A program made the translations under genes and the position numbers. The notes below the pieces were generated by a model. The model was not told the DNA's origin. It was given only the letters and a program-made list of their open reading frames with translations, and did not search any database. 12,847 bases of DNA, taken from IMG/VR virus record IMGVR_UViG_3300045988_150412, one strand, 5' to 3'. Source of the stretch: a virus. Shown one piece after another: positions 1 to 7,405 of this stretch (positions are counted from its first letter, which is position 1; each line of letters begins with the position of its first letter).

Positions 1-189
1 CTCCCCTCCCCCCCCCCTTTTCCAAACACGCATAATTAAAACAACTGTGCACATTTTTAGGATGATGGGTGTATATAAAACAGATGTGCATAGTTTTATG
101 ATAATGGGCGTGTATAATATGATTGTATATATTTTGGGTGTAAGTGTTTTTAATTAAACATTGGTTAGGCGTTGGGGTTGACACGGAAA
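1..189. repeat. Left inverted terminal repeat, 189 bp. Begins with 'CTCCC CTCCC' followed by a C10 homopolymer. Contains three iterated TGGGYGTRTA motifs. Its inner edge carries a TTGACA -35 hexamer.
   Basis: Reverse complement of 12659..12847 matches 1..189 exactly. Identity ends after 'ttgacacggaaa'. Confidence 0.95.
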
Positions 190-206
190 TTGAATGACGA
201 TATAAT
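178..206 (+). promoter_or_regulatory. Sigma-A type promoter, TTGACA-17-TATAAT. It drives the rightward structural and lysis operon.
   Basis: TTGACA at 178-183, a 17-nt spacer, then TATAAT at 201-206. The first ATG is at 224 or 236. The -35 lies inside the ITR and the -10 lies just outside it. Confidence 0.7.
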
Positions 207-223
207 AAAAGTAAATAAATAGG

Positions 224-427
224 ATGGTGTTGATTATGGATCTTACAATTCTATCAACGGTAGTAAGTAATTTAGGATTTCCGATTGCCGCGTGTTGCGC
301 CATGTTCTACATGTTAGAAAAGCAGTCAAAGAGGCACAGCGAAGAAGTCGAGAAATTGACGAAAGCGCTCGATAATAATACAGAGGTGATGGAGGAGATT
401 TTAGCCAAGTTTAAAGAGGTGGTGTAA
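224..427 (+). CDS. Small membrane protein of 67 aa (63 aa if it starts at ATG 236). One N-terminal transmembrane helix plus a charged helical C-terminus. Holin-like, or alternatively a membrane-anchored scaffold-like protein.
   Basis: Hydrophobic segment LTILSTVVSNLGFPIAACCAMFYML, followed by a Lys/Glu-rich tail. It is the first gene after the promoter, and its stop codon abuts the connector ATG. Confidence 0.35.
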   Translation: MVLIMDLTILSTVVSNLGFPIAACCAMFYMLEKQSKRHSEEVEKLTKALDNNTEVMEEILAKFKEVV

Positions 428-1351
428 ATGGCGCGCAAGGATTATGATGTAGGAGCAGGAATGTTTTATCGATTAACAGATTTCACAGACAAACGTCAAC
501 GCGTCGCTGACTACATCATATACATGCTATCAAGAACAGCTCAGATGTTCGAGTATGACGGATTACCTGAAACTATTCCGCGTTTGAATTTAGAGCGTTT
601 AATACAAACGCATGGCCATGTCTGCGTTACAAATGTTAACGGTGAGTTATATGCTCTATTTGGAGGTTTAGGCGGAGAGCCTAGCCCTTATTACATGCCT
701 ACAATCTATACGGTTGCTAATCCGGCTTTAAATTATGACGCCAATTTAGTAATTGGACAAGATTGCGAAATCATTTACAATGATTCGATGTGGTACGGAT
801 TGATGCCCTTGTTCCGCAGGTATGCGTCGTTGCTCGTAGAAAATGACATATCCATGCGCATGGTCAACGTAAATTCCCGCGTGTCGATGCTTATTAAAAC
901 TCAATCGGAGCGCGAAGCATCGTCCGCTAGACAATTCTTATGCGACATAGAAGCCGGAAAGCAGGGTGTTTGCGCTGAAAGCTCTTTCGTGGAAGGTCTT
1001 AACACACTCCCCTATTCAACCCCGTCAAGCGGTCGAGATGTTACAAGTCTGATTGAATATCAACAATATTTAAAAGCGTCGTGGTTTAATGAGTTAGGGC
1101 TTAATGCTAACTACAATATGAAAAGAGAGGCGATTAATAGCGAAGAGGCGCAATTGAATGAGGACGCTTTATTACCCCTCGTTGATGATATGCTATCGTG
1201 TAGACAAGAGTGTTTGGATAAAGTTAACGCAATGTATGGAACCAATATTTCAGTTAAATTTAAATCTGCGTGGAAAATCAATAATGAAGAAATGAATGAA
1301 CCCGTTGAAGATGTAGAAATTAAGGAGGTGGAAAATGATGAAACTGATTGA
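428..1351 (+). CDS. Head-tail connector (portal) protein, phi29 gp10-like, 307 aa.
   Basis: Same length class as phi29 gp10 (309 aa). Recalled similarity: N-terminus MARK..., a Q(L/M)FE(W/Y)..LP.TI.P..LE..I block, and a C-terminal ...C..K(I/V)N..YG.N(V/I).VKF block. Strong RBS 'AAAGAGGTGGTG' upstream. Confidence 0.7.
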   Translation: MARKDYDVGAGMFYRLTDFTDKRQRVADYIIYMLSRTAQMFEYDGLPETIPRLNLERLIQTHGHVCVTNVNGELYALFGGLGGEPSPYYMPTIYTVANPALNYDANLVIGQDCEIIYNDSMWYGLMPLFRRYASLLVENDISMRMVNVNSRVSMLIKTQSEREASSARQFLCDIEAGKQGVCAESSFVEGLNTLPYSTPSSGRDVTSLIEYQQYLKASWFNELGLNANYNMKREAINSEEAQLNEDALLPLVDDMLSCRQECLDKVNAMYGTNISVKFKSAWKINNEEMNEPVEDVEIKEVENDETD

Positions 1352-3134
1352 TCTATTCCCGAACTGGTTGACAGGGGGCGGAATATTCGTTCTCTTTAAT
1401 AACCCCCCTTGGGTAGACGATGTAGAATCTTCGGCGCTCGATGTTGAATATTTCGGCAATCGTTCAGGCGAAAAGCTTATTGCTCCATTATTAAATAAAT
1501 TAATGGTTGATGACCAAATTTCTGATGCCAATCGGCAGAAACTTGTAAATGCTATCTGGGCTCGTTTCGGGAAAAATTGGACAAAATTGTATAATACTCT
1601 TAAAGAGGAATACAATCCGATTGAAAATTATAATATGACTGAGAAGGGTACATATACAGATACCGATACCGGGTCATTAGATCGTAGTGATAAAGTCGAA
1701 TATGGTAAAACGGTAAACAGCACCTCCGGGCAACAGTCTACTTCTCATGATCAATATTATGGTTTTAACGTATCCCAAGCCGGATCAGGCAAAAACACCA
1801 ACGGCACGGATGCGAACATAAGCGGACAGGGGTCTAATACTGAGGGTGGTCAGGATACAAAGACAGGTAGAGATACGCATACTTATAATAAAAGCGGGTC
1901 GACTACACACACCAGAAGCGGGAATATAGGCGTAACTACTACGCAACAGCTTATCGAATCTGAGCGTAATTTATGGCTCTGGAATTATTTTGACGCGGTA
2001 TTTTCTGACGTGGACACCATGCTTGTATTACAAGTGTTCGGTTTTGATTCGTGTTGTTACGAATACGCGCCCGGTTCCGGCGGTTCGTCTTATATCCTTC
2101 CTGTAGCTACAGCCACCACCTTGGGTGGTGTTAAATTACGCGGGGCGTCTTCGGTGGCAAATCATTACGCGGCAATCGACACTGACGGATACGTGAAATA
2201 CCAATATCCGGGCTTGGCTTCATACAGCAACTATGGCCTTGTTCGGCCGGTAAATAAAACCGGCAATATGTCACAGGCCGTTGGCGTTGACGAGTTCGGT
2301 CAGCTATTCACAGCTCCGAGCGGTGAATCTTACGTTCTCCCGGTGGCATCTCCAACCACCTTGGGCGGCGTGATGCCGGTCAATAAAACGTCGGCCATGT
2401 CTCAGCCGGTCGGCGTTGATGCTACAGGTCAGCTATTCACTGCTCCAAGCGGAGAATCTTACGTTCTCCCGGTGGCATCTTCAACCACCTTGGGAGGCGT
2501 GATGCCGGTCAATAAAACGTCGGCCATGTCTCAGCCGGTCGGCGTTGATGCTACAGGTCAGCTATTCACTGCTCCAAGCGGAGAATCTTACGTTCTCCCG
2601 GTGGCATCTTCAACCACCTTGGGAGGCGTGATGCCGGTCAATAAAACGTCGGCCATGTCTCAGCCGGTCGGCGTTGATGCTACAGGCCACTTATACACGG
2701 CTCCGGGCTCAGGCGTTGAAACGGCTCCGTTCTTATCGCAATCGGTTCACATTTCCGGGGTTCAAACAATCACAGAAACAAACGTTAATGTAGATTTAAA
2801 TATAGCTAACGTGTCTGGAAATTGGGATTATGTAGGATATGACGGCACAACTGCAGACATTGCGGACGATGAGCAAACATATGTTTCAGCGGTTCTTATA
2901 TGCTCTGGAGCTGGGAACACCGTGGTGCGTGTGGGAATTATTGACGGCACCAACACCGAGACCCCCTTGATTTCCGGGAATTTAGTTCACACGTCAAATA
3001 CAATTACTATTTTATCGGTTTCTGACATGCCTTTAAATTTAGCCCCCGGCGATTTCAGAGTACAAGTAAACACAGAGGATCAATTAAATGTGTTGATGGG
3101 CACGGTTACATTTAAGAAGAGAATTTTAAATTAG
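1335..3134 (+). CDS. Tail fiber / appendage (receptor-binding) protein, 599 aa, with 43-aa tandem repeats. The N-terminal ~150 aa may be a collar-attachment domain.
   Basis: Three near-identical 43-aa repeats 'SYVLPVAS(S/P)TTLGGVMPVNKTSAMSQPVGVDATGQLFTAPSGE', plus a degenerate upstream copy. The A(S/T)xxTLGGV pattern recalls phage tail-fibre repeat motifs. Ser/Thr/Gly/Asn-rich composition. Located directly after the connector gene. Confidence 0.55.
   Translation: MMKLIDLFPNWLTGGGIFVLFNNPPWVDDVESSALDVEYFGNRSGEKLIAPLLNKLMVDDQISDANRQKLVNAIWARFGKNWTKLYNTLKEEYNPIENYNMTEKGTYTDTDTGSLDRSDKVEYGKTVNSTSGQQSTSHDQYYGFNVSQAGSGKNTNGTDANISGQGSNTEGGQDTKTGRDTHTYNKSGSTTHTRSGNIGVTTTQQLIESERNLWLWNYFDAVFSDVDTMLVLQVFGFDSCCYEYAPGSGGSSYILPVATATTLGGVKLRGASSVANHYAAIDTDGYVKYQYPGLASYSNYGLVRPVNKTGNMSQAVGVDEFGQLFTAPSGESYVLPVASPTTLGGVMPVNKTSAMSQPVGVDATGQLFTAPSGESYVLPVASSTTLGGVMPVNKTSAMSQPVGVDATGQLFTAPSGESYVLPVASSTTLGGVMPVNKTSAMSQPVGVDATGHLYTAPGSGVETAPFLSQSVHISGVQTITETNVNVDLNIANVSGNWDYVGYDGTTADIADDEQTYVSAVLICSGAGNTVVRVGIIDGTNTETPLISGNLVHTSNTITILSVSDMPLNLAPGDFRVQVNTEDQLNVLMGTVTFKKRILN
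2322..2708 (+). repeat. Tandem direct repeat, 129-bp unit in 3 copies. Copies 2 and 3 are essentially identical. It sits inside the fiber gene.
   Basis: 'gaatcttacgttctcccggtggcatc...' recurs at 2325, 2454 and 2583, giving a period of 129 nt (43 codons, in frame). Confidence 0.9.
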
Positions 3135-3147
3135 GGAGAGAATTAAA

Positions 3148-4323
3148 ATGAACGTACAGCAAATTTACACAATTATCAACACTGTAACAAATGAGGAATT
3201 AGGTTTATCCGAAGTGGTGCAGGAGGATTTAAGCAACATTGTAGATGTAGGCACGGCGGTTTTTAATGCCAACGCCCTCGACAATTATGTAAAATCCCTT
3301 GTCGATCACATAGGCCGCGTGGTCTTCGTCAACCGTCCCTATCGCGGTTCCGCCCCATCTGTAATTATGGATGGTTGGGAATACGGTAGCGTCTTAGAAA
3401 AAATCACGTGCGATCTTCCGGAAGCAACGGAAAATGAAAGCTGGGAGCTGACCAACGGTCAATCTTACGATCCTAATGTATTTTATAAACCTACAGTTTC
3501 CGCAAAATTCTATAATAAGCGAGTCACATTTGAAATTCCTATGTCCTTCACTGAAAGACAGGTTAAGGAATCGTTTAGTAGCGCTGAACAGCTTAATGCC
3601 TTCATGTCTATGCTCTATACGGCTATTGAGAACAGCATGACCGTTAAACTTGACGGTCTTGTAATGCGTACAATTAATAATATGATTGGTGAAACATTCA
3701 ACGCTGATTTCACGGGTCAATCCGCTGGCAAGTTTGGAAATAACAGTACCATGCGTTGCGTCAACTTACTTTTCCTTTATAATCAGACCGTTGCAACTAA
3801 GTTAACCTCTGAAAACTGTTTAAGTGATCCTAGTTTCATTCGATTCGCGGCGGCTTTGATGCAGAAATATGTTTATAGATTAGGTAAACTTTCTACCTTA
3901 TTCAATGTAGGTAAAAAAGAGAGATTCACCCCGAAAGACAGATTGCATTTCATTCTTCTTGCTGATTTTATGACCAACGCAGATGTTTATTTACAATCTA
4001 ACACTTTCCACAATGAATTTACCGCACTTCCTAACGCAGAGCTCGTACCCTTCTGGCAAGGCTCCGGCCTCAGTTACGACATGGGCGAGATTTCTGAAAT
4101 CAACATTAAAACCGGCTCTGGTACGATCATTAATCCTACAGGCATTCTTGGTGTGATGTTCGACCGTGACGCTTTAGGCGTGACAAATATGAATCGGCGA
4201 GTTACTTCTAATTATAATCCCAAAGCTGAGTTTTTCAACAATTGGTATAAAATGGACGCTGGTTATTTCAATGATTTAAATGAAAACTTCGTCGTTTGGT
4301 ACGTCGCGGATTCTCAAGCTTAA
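3148..4323 (+). CDS. Putative major capsid protein, 391 aa.
   Basis: Inferred from size and its position in the virion operon. A GC-rich hairpin lies immediately downstream, typical of a highly expressed capsid gene. No other ORF is a plausible capsid candidate. I recognise no sequence motif, so the call is by exclusion. Confidence 0.45.
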   Translation: MNVQQIYTIINTVTNEELGLSEVVQEDLSNIVDVGTAVFNANALDNYVKSLVDHIGRVVFVNRPYRGSAPSVIMDGWEYGSVLEKITCDLPEATENESWELTNGQSYDPNVFYKPTVSAKFYNKRVTFEIPMSFTERQVKESFSSAEQLNAFMSMLYTAIENSMTVKLDGLVMRTINNMIGETFNADFTGQSAGKFGNNSTMRCVNLLFLYNQTVATKLTSENCLSDPSFIRFAAALMQKYVYRLGKLSTLFNVGKKERFTPKDRLHFILLADFMTNADVYLQSNTFHNEFTALPNAELVPFWQGSGLSYDMGEISEINIKTGSGTIINPTGILGVMFDRDALGVTNMNRRVTSNYNPKAEFFNNWYKMDAGYFNDLNENFVVWYVADSQA

Positions 4324-4336
4324 AATTAACCATTTT

Positions 4337-4371
4337 CCCCGCCGTGGCCTTCTCCTTTCTCCACGGCGGGG
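4337..4371 (+). other. GC-rich RNA hairpin with an 11-bp stem and a 13-nt loop, and no U-tract. Candidate attenuator or mRNA-stabilising structure after the capsid gene.
   Basis: 'ccccgccgtgg' at 4337-4347 pairs with 'ccacggcgggg' at 4361-4371. There is no T-run on either side. Confidence 0.5.
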
Positions 4372-4395
4372 AAACATTGAATTGAGGAATTAATT

Positions 4396-4857
4396 ATGGA
4401 CATAACATTATATGCGTCAAACGAAGCGCCAGAATTTGTGACGAAAGCATTAAACAATATTACGACTGTTAGCGGGCAGGCAAACATGCCCCTAGACATA
4501 CTTAACCCTGTTGTTGATCTTGATTTAAGCACCTTAGGAGCTGAGCCGGTAAGCACATATGGCATTAATTATGCATATATTGCGGAATTTAAAAGATATT
4601 ACTTCATCAATAGATTTGAAATTTTAGCTACAGGAATATATAGATTATATTTACATGTAGATGTTTTAATGTCGTATCGCAACGATATTTTGAATAATAT
4701 TGGAATTATACGCAGGCAACAGAATTTATACGACCTGTATTTAAATGATGGGTCATTAAAAGTTGAAAATTATCCAATGTTACAAACTCTTGTTTTTAGT
4801 AACGGGAACATATTTGACAATTGGAAATATATCGTCACCGTTGCCGGAGGTGCTTAA
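4396..4857 (+). CDS. Hypothetical virion protein, 153 aa. Possibly a collar, scaffold or minor tail component.
   Basis: ORF with RBS 'GAGGAA' upstream. It lies in the structural operon between the capsid and tail-knob genes. No recognisable motif. Confidence 0.5.
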   Translation: MDITLYASNEAPEFVTKALNNITTVSGQANMPLDILNPVVDLDLSTLGAEPVSTYGINYAYIAEFKRYYFINRFEILATGIYRLYLHVDVLMSYRNDILNNIGIIRRQQNLYDLYLNDGSLKVENYPMLQTLVFSNGNIFDNWKYIVTVAGGA

Positions 4858-4858
4858 T

Positions 4859-6607
4859 ATGCCAGCTTTTATAACTACAGATATAGGCCGAAAATACTTT
4901 TTCGGCCGAAGATATAACGGAGATGATCAACTATCAACGCCGATATCAGTGCCGCCAGGCAATACTTCAAAAGAAAAATATAGAGCTTCAACATTTCAAC
5001 TCGACACCTCTAAGTTAGATATTCCTGACCCTCCAAATTTTTCCTCTGTTCATATAACTGAAAAATACAGCGGCTTTAAATATGGTTTAAAAGGCGGGGG
5101 TTATTTGCAGTTTGGACTACACAGCGAATATGACCCTTCTAGCACGCGCGGACACTTTACATCATGGGTAAAATGGGCTGTTTTTGATTCTGACGATACG
5201 ATCGTAGGTAGTCACATAATGGGCGTCGCGCGCTCTAATGATATTTGGGCGAAGACAATTGAATTAGTTAAAAAAGATTCATACGCATTATTATTCGTGT
5301 ATAATACTCAAGCCTCGTCTGAATACGGTGGCACCTACAGCTTTGTGGAATTTGATGCAACAAATACTTCTGGCGATTGGGGAACTGAGTTACAAAACAA
5401 ATTCGATAAATTCATAAGCGGCAGAACCAACCCCCAGGGTGAGGTGTTGGGAATCGCTATTAACGATCTGATTATTAAATGCTTCGGAAAAGCTCTGTAT
5501 TTCCGGGCTAACGCGAAAGACACCGGCGGTACCGGTTCAGATAATCAAGTAGGTGGCGGATCGAGTAACCCCACCGGAAACGGCGGCAACACCGGCTTTG
5601 GAGGTGACAGTAAGCCGCAGGGCGGCGGTTCAACTCTCGATTATAAAACCGACATGATTTCTAAAACTCCAAACACCCCCCCATACGCTCAACAGGCCAT
5701 ATCTTCCGGATTCGTGACAACGTATGTGATGAGCGCGTCTAATATGCGAAGTTTAGCGTCATATATGTGGTCAAAGAGCTTCTTGGATAATATACCTAAG
5801 CTTTTACAAAATCCCATGGAAGCATTAATATCAGTGAACCTATCGCCTCTGAACCCACCACACGGAAGCGATATTCAGAAGGTCAAGCTTGGCACACTTA
5901 CAAGTGATGCCAACGGATTTTTACTTGCAAATCAATACGGCACATTTAATTTAGGATCAATAAATTTAGGTGAATACTGGGCGAATTATCTTGACTATGC
6001 ACCATATACGGAGGTAAGCATATTCTTACCATATATAGGGACATTTGATCTTAATGTTGATGACGTCATGAACAGCGTTCTTTCTCTTCAATATGTGGTA
6101 GATTTCTTGAGCGGCACTTGTGTTGCGAGTTTGACCGTACAACGAGGCCAATTAAACAGCGTACTCTATCAATGGGGGGGAAACATATTTACAACCGTAC
6201 CAGCTACAGGGGCAGATTATACAGGTCAGTTAACAGCATTAATTAGCGGGGTAACGGCGACCGCCGGATCACTATTGACCGGAAACGCCGGAACCGTGGC
6301 CACTACAGCAGTCAATGCGGCGGTTTCTACCTTAACCACTAAGAGGCATGTATTAAGAGGTTCCGGAATGACCAAGAACGCCGGTACGCTGGGTGTAGCT
6401 CAACCGTATCTTGTTGTTTCGCGCCCAGTTCAATCTATGCCTTTTAATATGTGGTGTGATAAGGGCTTTCCTTCAAATATCGGCAGACCTCTTTCAGAGC
6501 TTAGCGGTTATACTGAAATTGATTATATTCATTTACAAGGAATCCAAGCAACTCAAGATGAAATTAATGAAATATATGGATTGTTGAATAAGGGGGTCAT
6601 TTTCTGA
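4859..6607 (+). CDS. Tail knob / distal tail tube protein candidate (phi29 gp9-like role), ~582 aa from ATG 4859. Has a Gly-rich linker and a long hydrophobic Ala/Thr/Gly loop.
   Basis: The ORF-track start at 4763 overlaps the upstream gene. The in-frame ATG at 4859 has RBS 'GGAGGTG' and follows the upstream stop. Gly-rich low-complexity segment at about 5515-5635. A ~45-aa hydrophobic segment at about 6213-6345 resembles the membrane-inserting loop of the phi29 tail knob. Size is similar to gp9 (599 aa). Confidence 0.4.
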   Translation: MPAFITTDIGRKYFFGRRYNGDDQLSTPISVPPGNTSKEKYRASTFQLDTSKLDIPDPPNFSSVHITEKYSGFKYGLKGGGYLQFGLHSEYDPSSTRGHFTSWVKWAVFDSDDTIVGSHIMGVARSNDIWAKTIELVKKDSYALLFVYNTQASSEYGGTYSFVEFDATNTSGDWGTELQNKFDKFISGRTNPQGEVLGIAINDLIIKCFGKALYFRANAKDTGGTGSDNQVGGGSSNPTGNGGNTGFGGDSKPQGGGSTLDYKTDMISKTPNTPPYAQQAISSGFVTTYVMSASNMRSLASYMWSKSFLDNIPKLLQNPMEALISVNLSPLNPPHGSDIQKVKLGTLTSDANGFLLANQYGTFNLGSINLGEYWANYLDYAPYTEVSIFLPYIGTFDLNVDDVMNSVLSLQYVVDFLSGTCVASLTVQRGQLNSVLYQWGGNIFTTVPATGADYTGQLTALISGVTATAGSLLTGNAGTVATTAVNAAVSTLTTKRHVLRGSGMTKNAGTLGVAQPYLVVSRPVQSMPFNMWCDKGFPSNIGRPLSELSGYTEIDYIHLQGIQATQDEINEIYGLLNKGVIF

Positions 6608-7377
6608 TGAATATCATCGAATCTTTTTTAACTAAAAACGATTGTTATAAACAAGGAAAAAAGCTAAAACTTGAGGGCTTAATGCTCCACTCAGTCGCAT
6701 GCCCTCAGCCCAAGGCTTCGGTCTTCGTTAAAAGCTGGAACCGCTCCGGCATTAAGAAGTGTGTTCATGCGTTTATTGATGCGAAAAATGGATATGTGTA
6801 TCAAACATTGCCTTGGCTAATGCGAGGCTGGCACGGTGGAAAGAAGTACAGCAACGATCATTATATTGGCGTTGAGATGTGTGAACCTTCATGCATTGAA
6901 TACACTGGAGGATCAACTTTTAAAATGAAAGATCCCGCTCAAGCTCTGGCTCAAATTAAAAACGCTTATAATTCAGCCGTGGAGCTATTTGCGTTTTTAT
7001 GTTTGAAATATAATTTAAAACCTAGCTCAATTTGTTCTCATCGCGAAGGTCATGCCAAAGGTATCGCGAGTGATCACGGCGACCCGGAACACCTATGGAG
7101 GTGTTCCGGCTTCGGAAAAACAATGACCGACTTTCGCGCAGATGTGGCGCGTGAGATCCAACAACAAAAGGGAGGTGATGAAGTGACGCAAGAGGATTTC
7201 AATAAAATGATGAATACTTATTTAGAAGAACGCTCGAAAGAACCAAAATCCGATTGGGTCAACGCTAACGACGCCGCAGGCATCATGCATGGCGACGCAG
7301 ACGGCGCCATGCGCTGGCGTTCCTTTGTGACGCGCGAAGAAGCTGTTACTATGATCGCGCGCGCGATCAAAAAATAA
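6607..7377 (+). CDS. Endolysin: N-acetylmuramoyl-L-alanine amidase (Amidase_2/PGRP fold) with an SLH-like C-terminal motif, 256 aa.
   Basis: N-terminus 'MNIIESF...' parallels B. subtilis XlyA 'MVNIIQDF'. Zn-ligand-type H...H...C spacing (HSVAC, GWHGG, HREGH). C-terminus 'GIMHGDADGAMRWRSFVTREEAVTMIARA' resembles an S-layer-homology half-repeat. TGATG overlap with the upstream stop. Confidence 0.8.
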   Translation: MNIIESFLTKNDCYKQGKKLKLEGLMLHSVACPQPKASVFVKSWNRSGIKKCVHAFIDAKNGYVYQTLPWLMRGWHGGKKYSNDHYIGVEMCEPSCIEYTGGSTFKMKDPAQALAQIKNAYNSAVELFAFLCLKYNLKPSSICSHREGHAKGIASDHGDPEHLWRCSGFGKTMTDFRADVAREIQQQKGGDEVTQEDFNKMMNTYLEERSKEPKSDWVNANDAAGIMHGDADGAMRWRSFVTREEAVTMIARAIKK

Positions 7378-7405
7378 GAGAGGTTTAAACCTCTCTTATT
7401 TTTTT
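7376..7405. terminator. Bidirectional rho-independent terminator between the two convergent operons.
   Basis: Perfect 22-nt palindrome 'aagagaggtttaaacctctctt' at 7376-7397. It is flanked by an A-run upstream (7369-7375) and a T-run downstream (7398-7405), so it reads as stem plus U-tract on both strands. Confidence 0.8.

Noticed and set aside
1-27. The poly-C/poly-G termini as a pure sequencing artefact that should be trimmed.
   Set aside because: The homopolymer is embedded in 189 bp of perfectly matching ITR and is preceded by a structured CTCCC-CTCCC repeat at both ends, so it is probably real. The exact homopolymer length is still uncertain.
746-934. Antisense or out-of-frame ORFs inside the large genes: 746..934-, 1250..1615-, 3394..3720-, 5335..5523-, 7967..8230+, 8247..8510+, 8533..8784-, 9076..9294+, 10350..10535+, 11506..11790+ and 12381..12569+.
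   Set aside because: Each lies wholly within, and mostly antisense to, a long ORF that has a good RBS and recognisable motifs. None has its own RBS or promoter context. They look like chance open frames.
2322-2708. The tandem repeat as a CRISPR array or a non-coding satellite.
   Set aside because: The period is 129 bp with no spacer/repeat alternation. It lies in frame inside a long ORF and encodes a repeated peptide.
4326-4565. 79-aa minus-strand ORF that overlaps the capsid-gene hairpin and the start of the 153-aa gene.
   Set aside because: It is antisense to an operon that has no leftward promoter nearby. Its N-terminus is simply the reverse complement of the GC hairpin.
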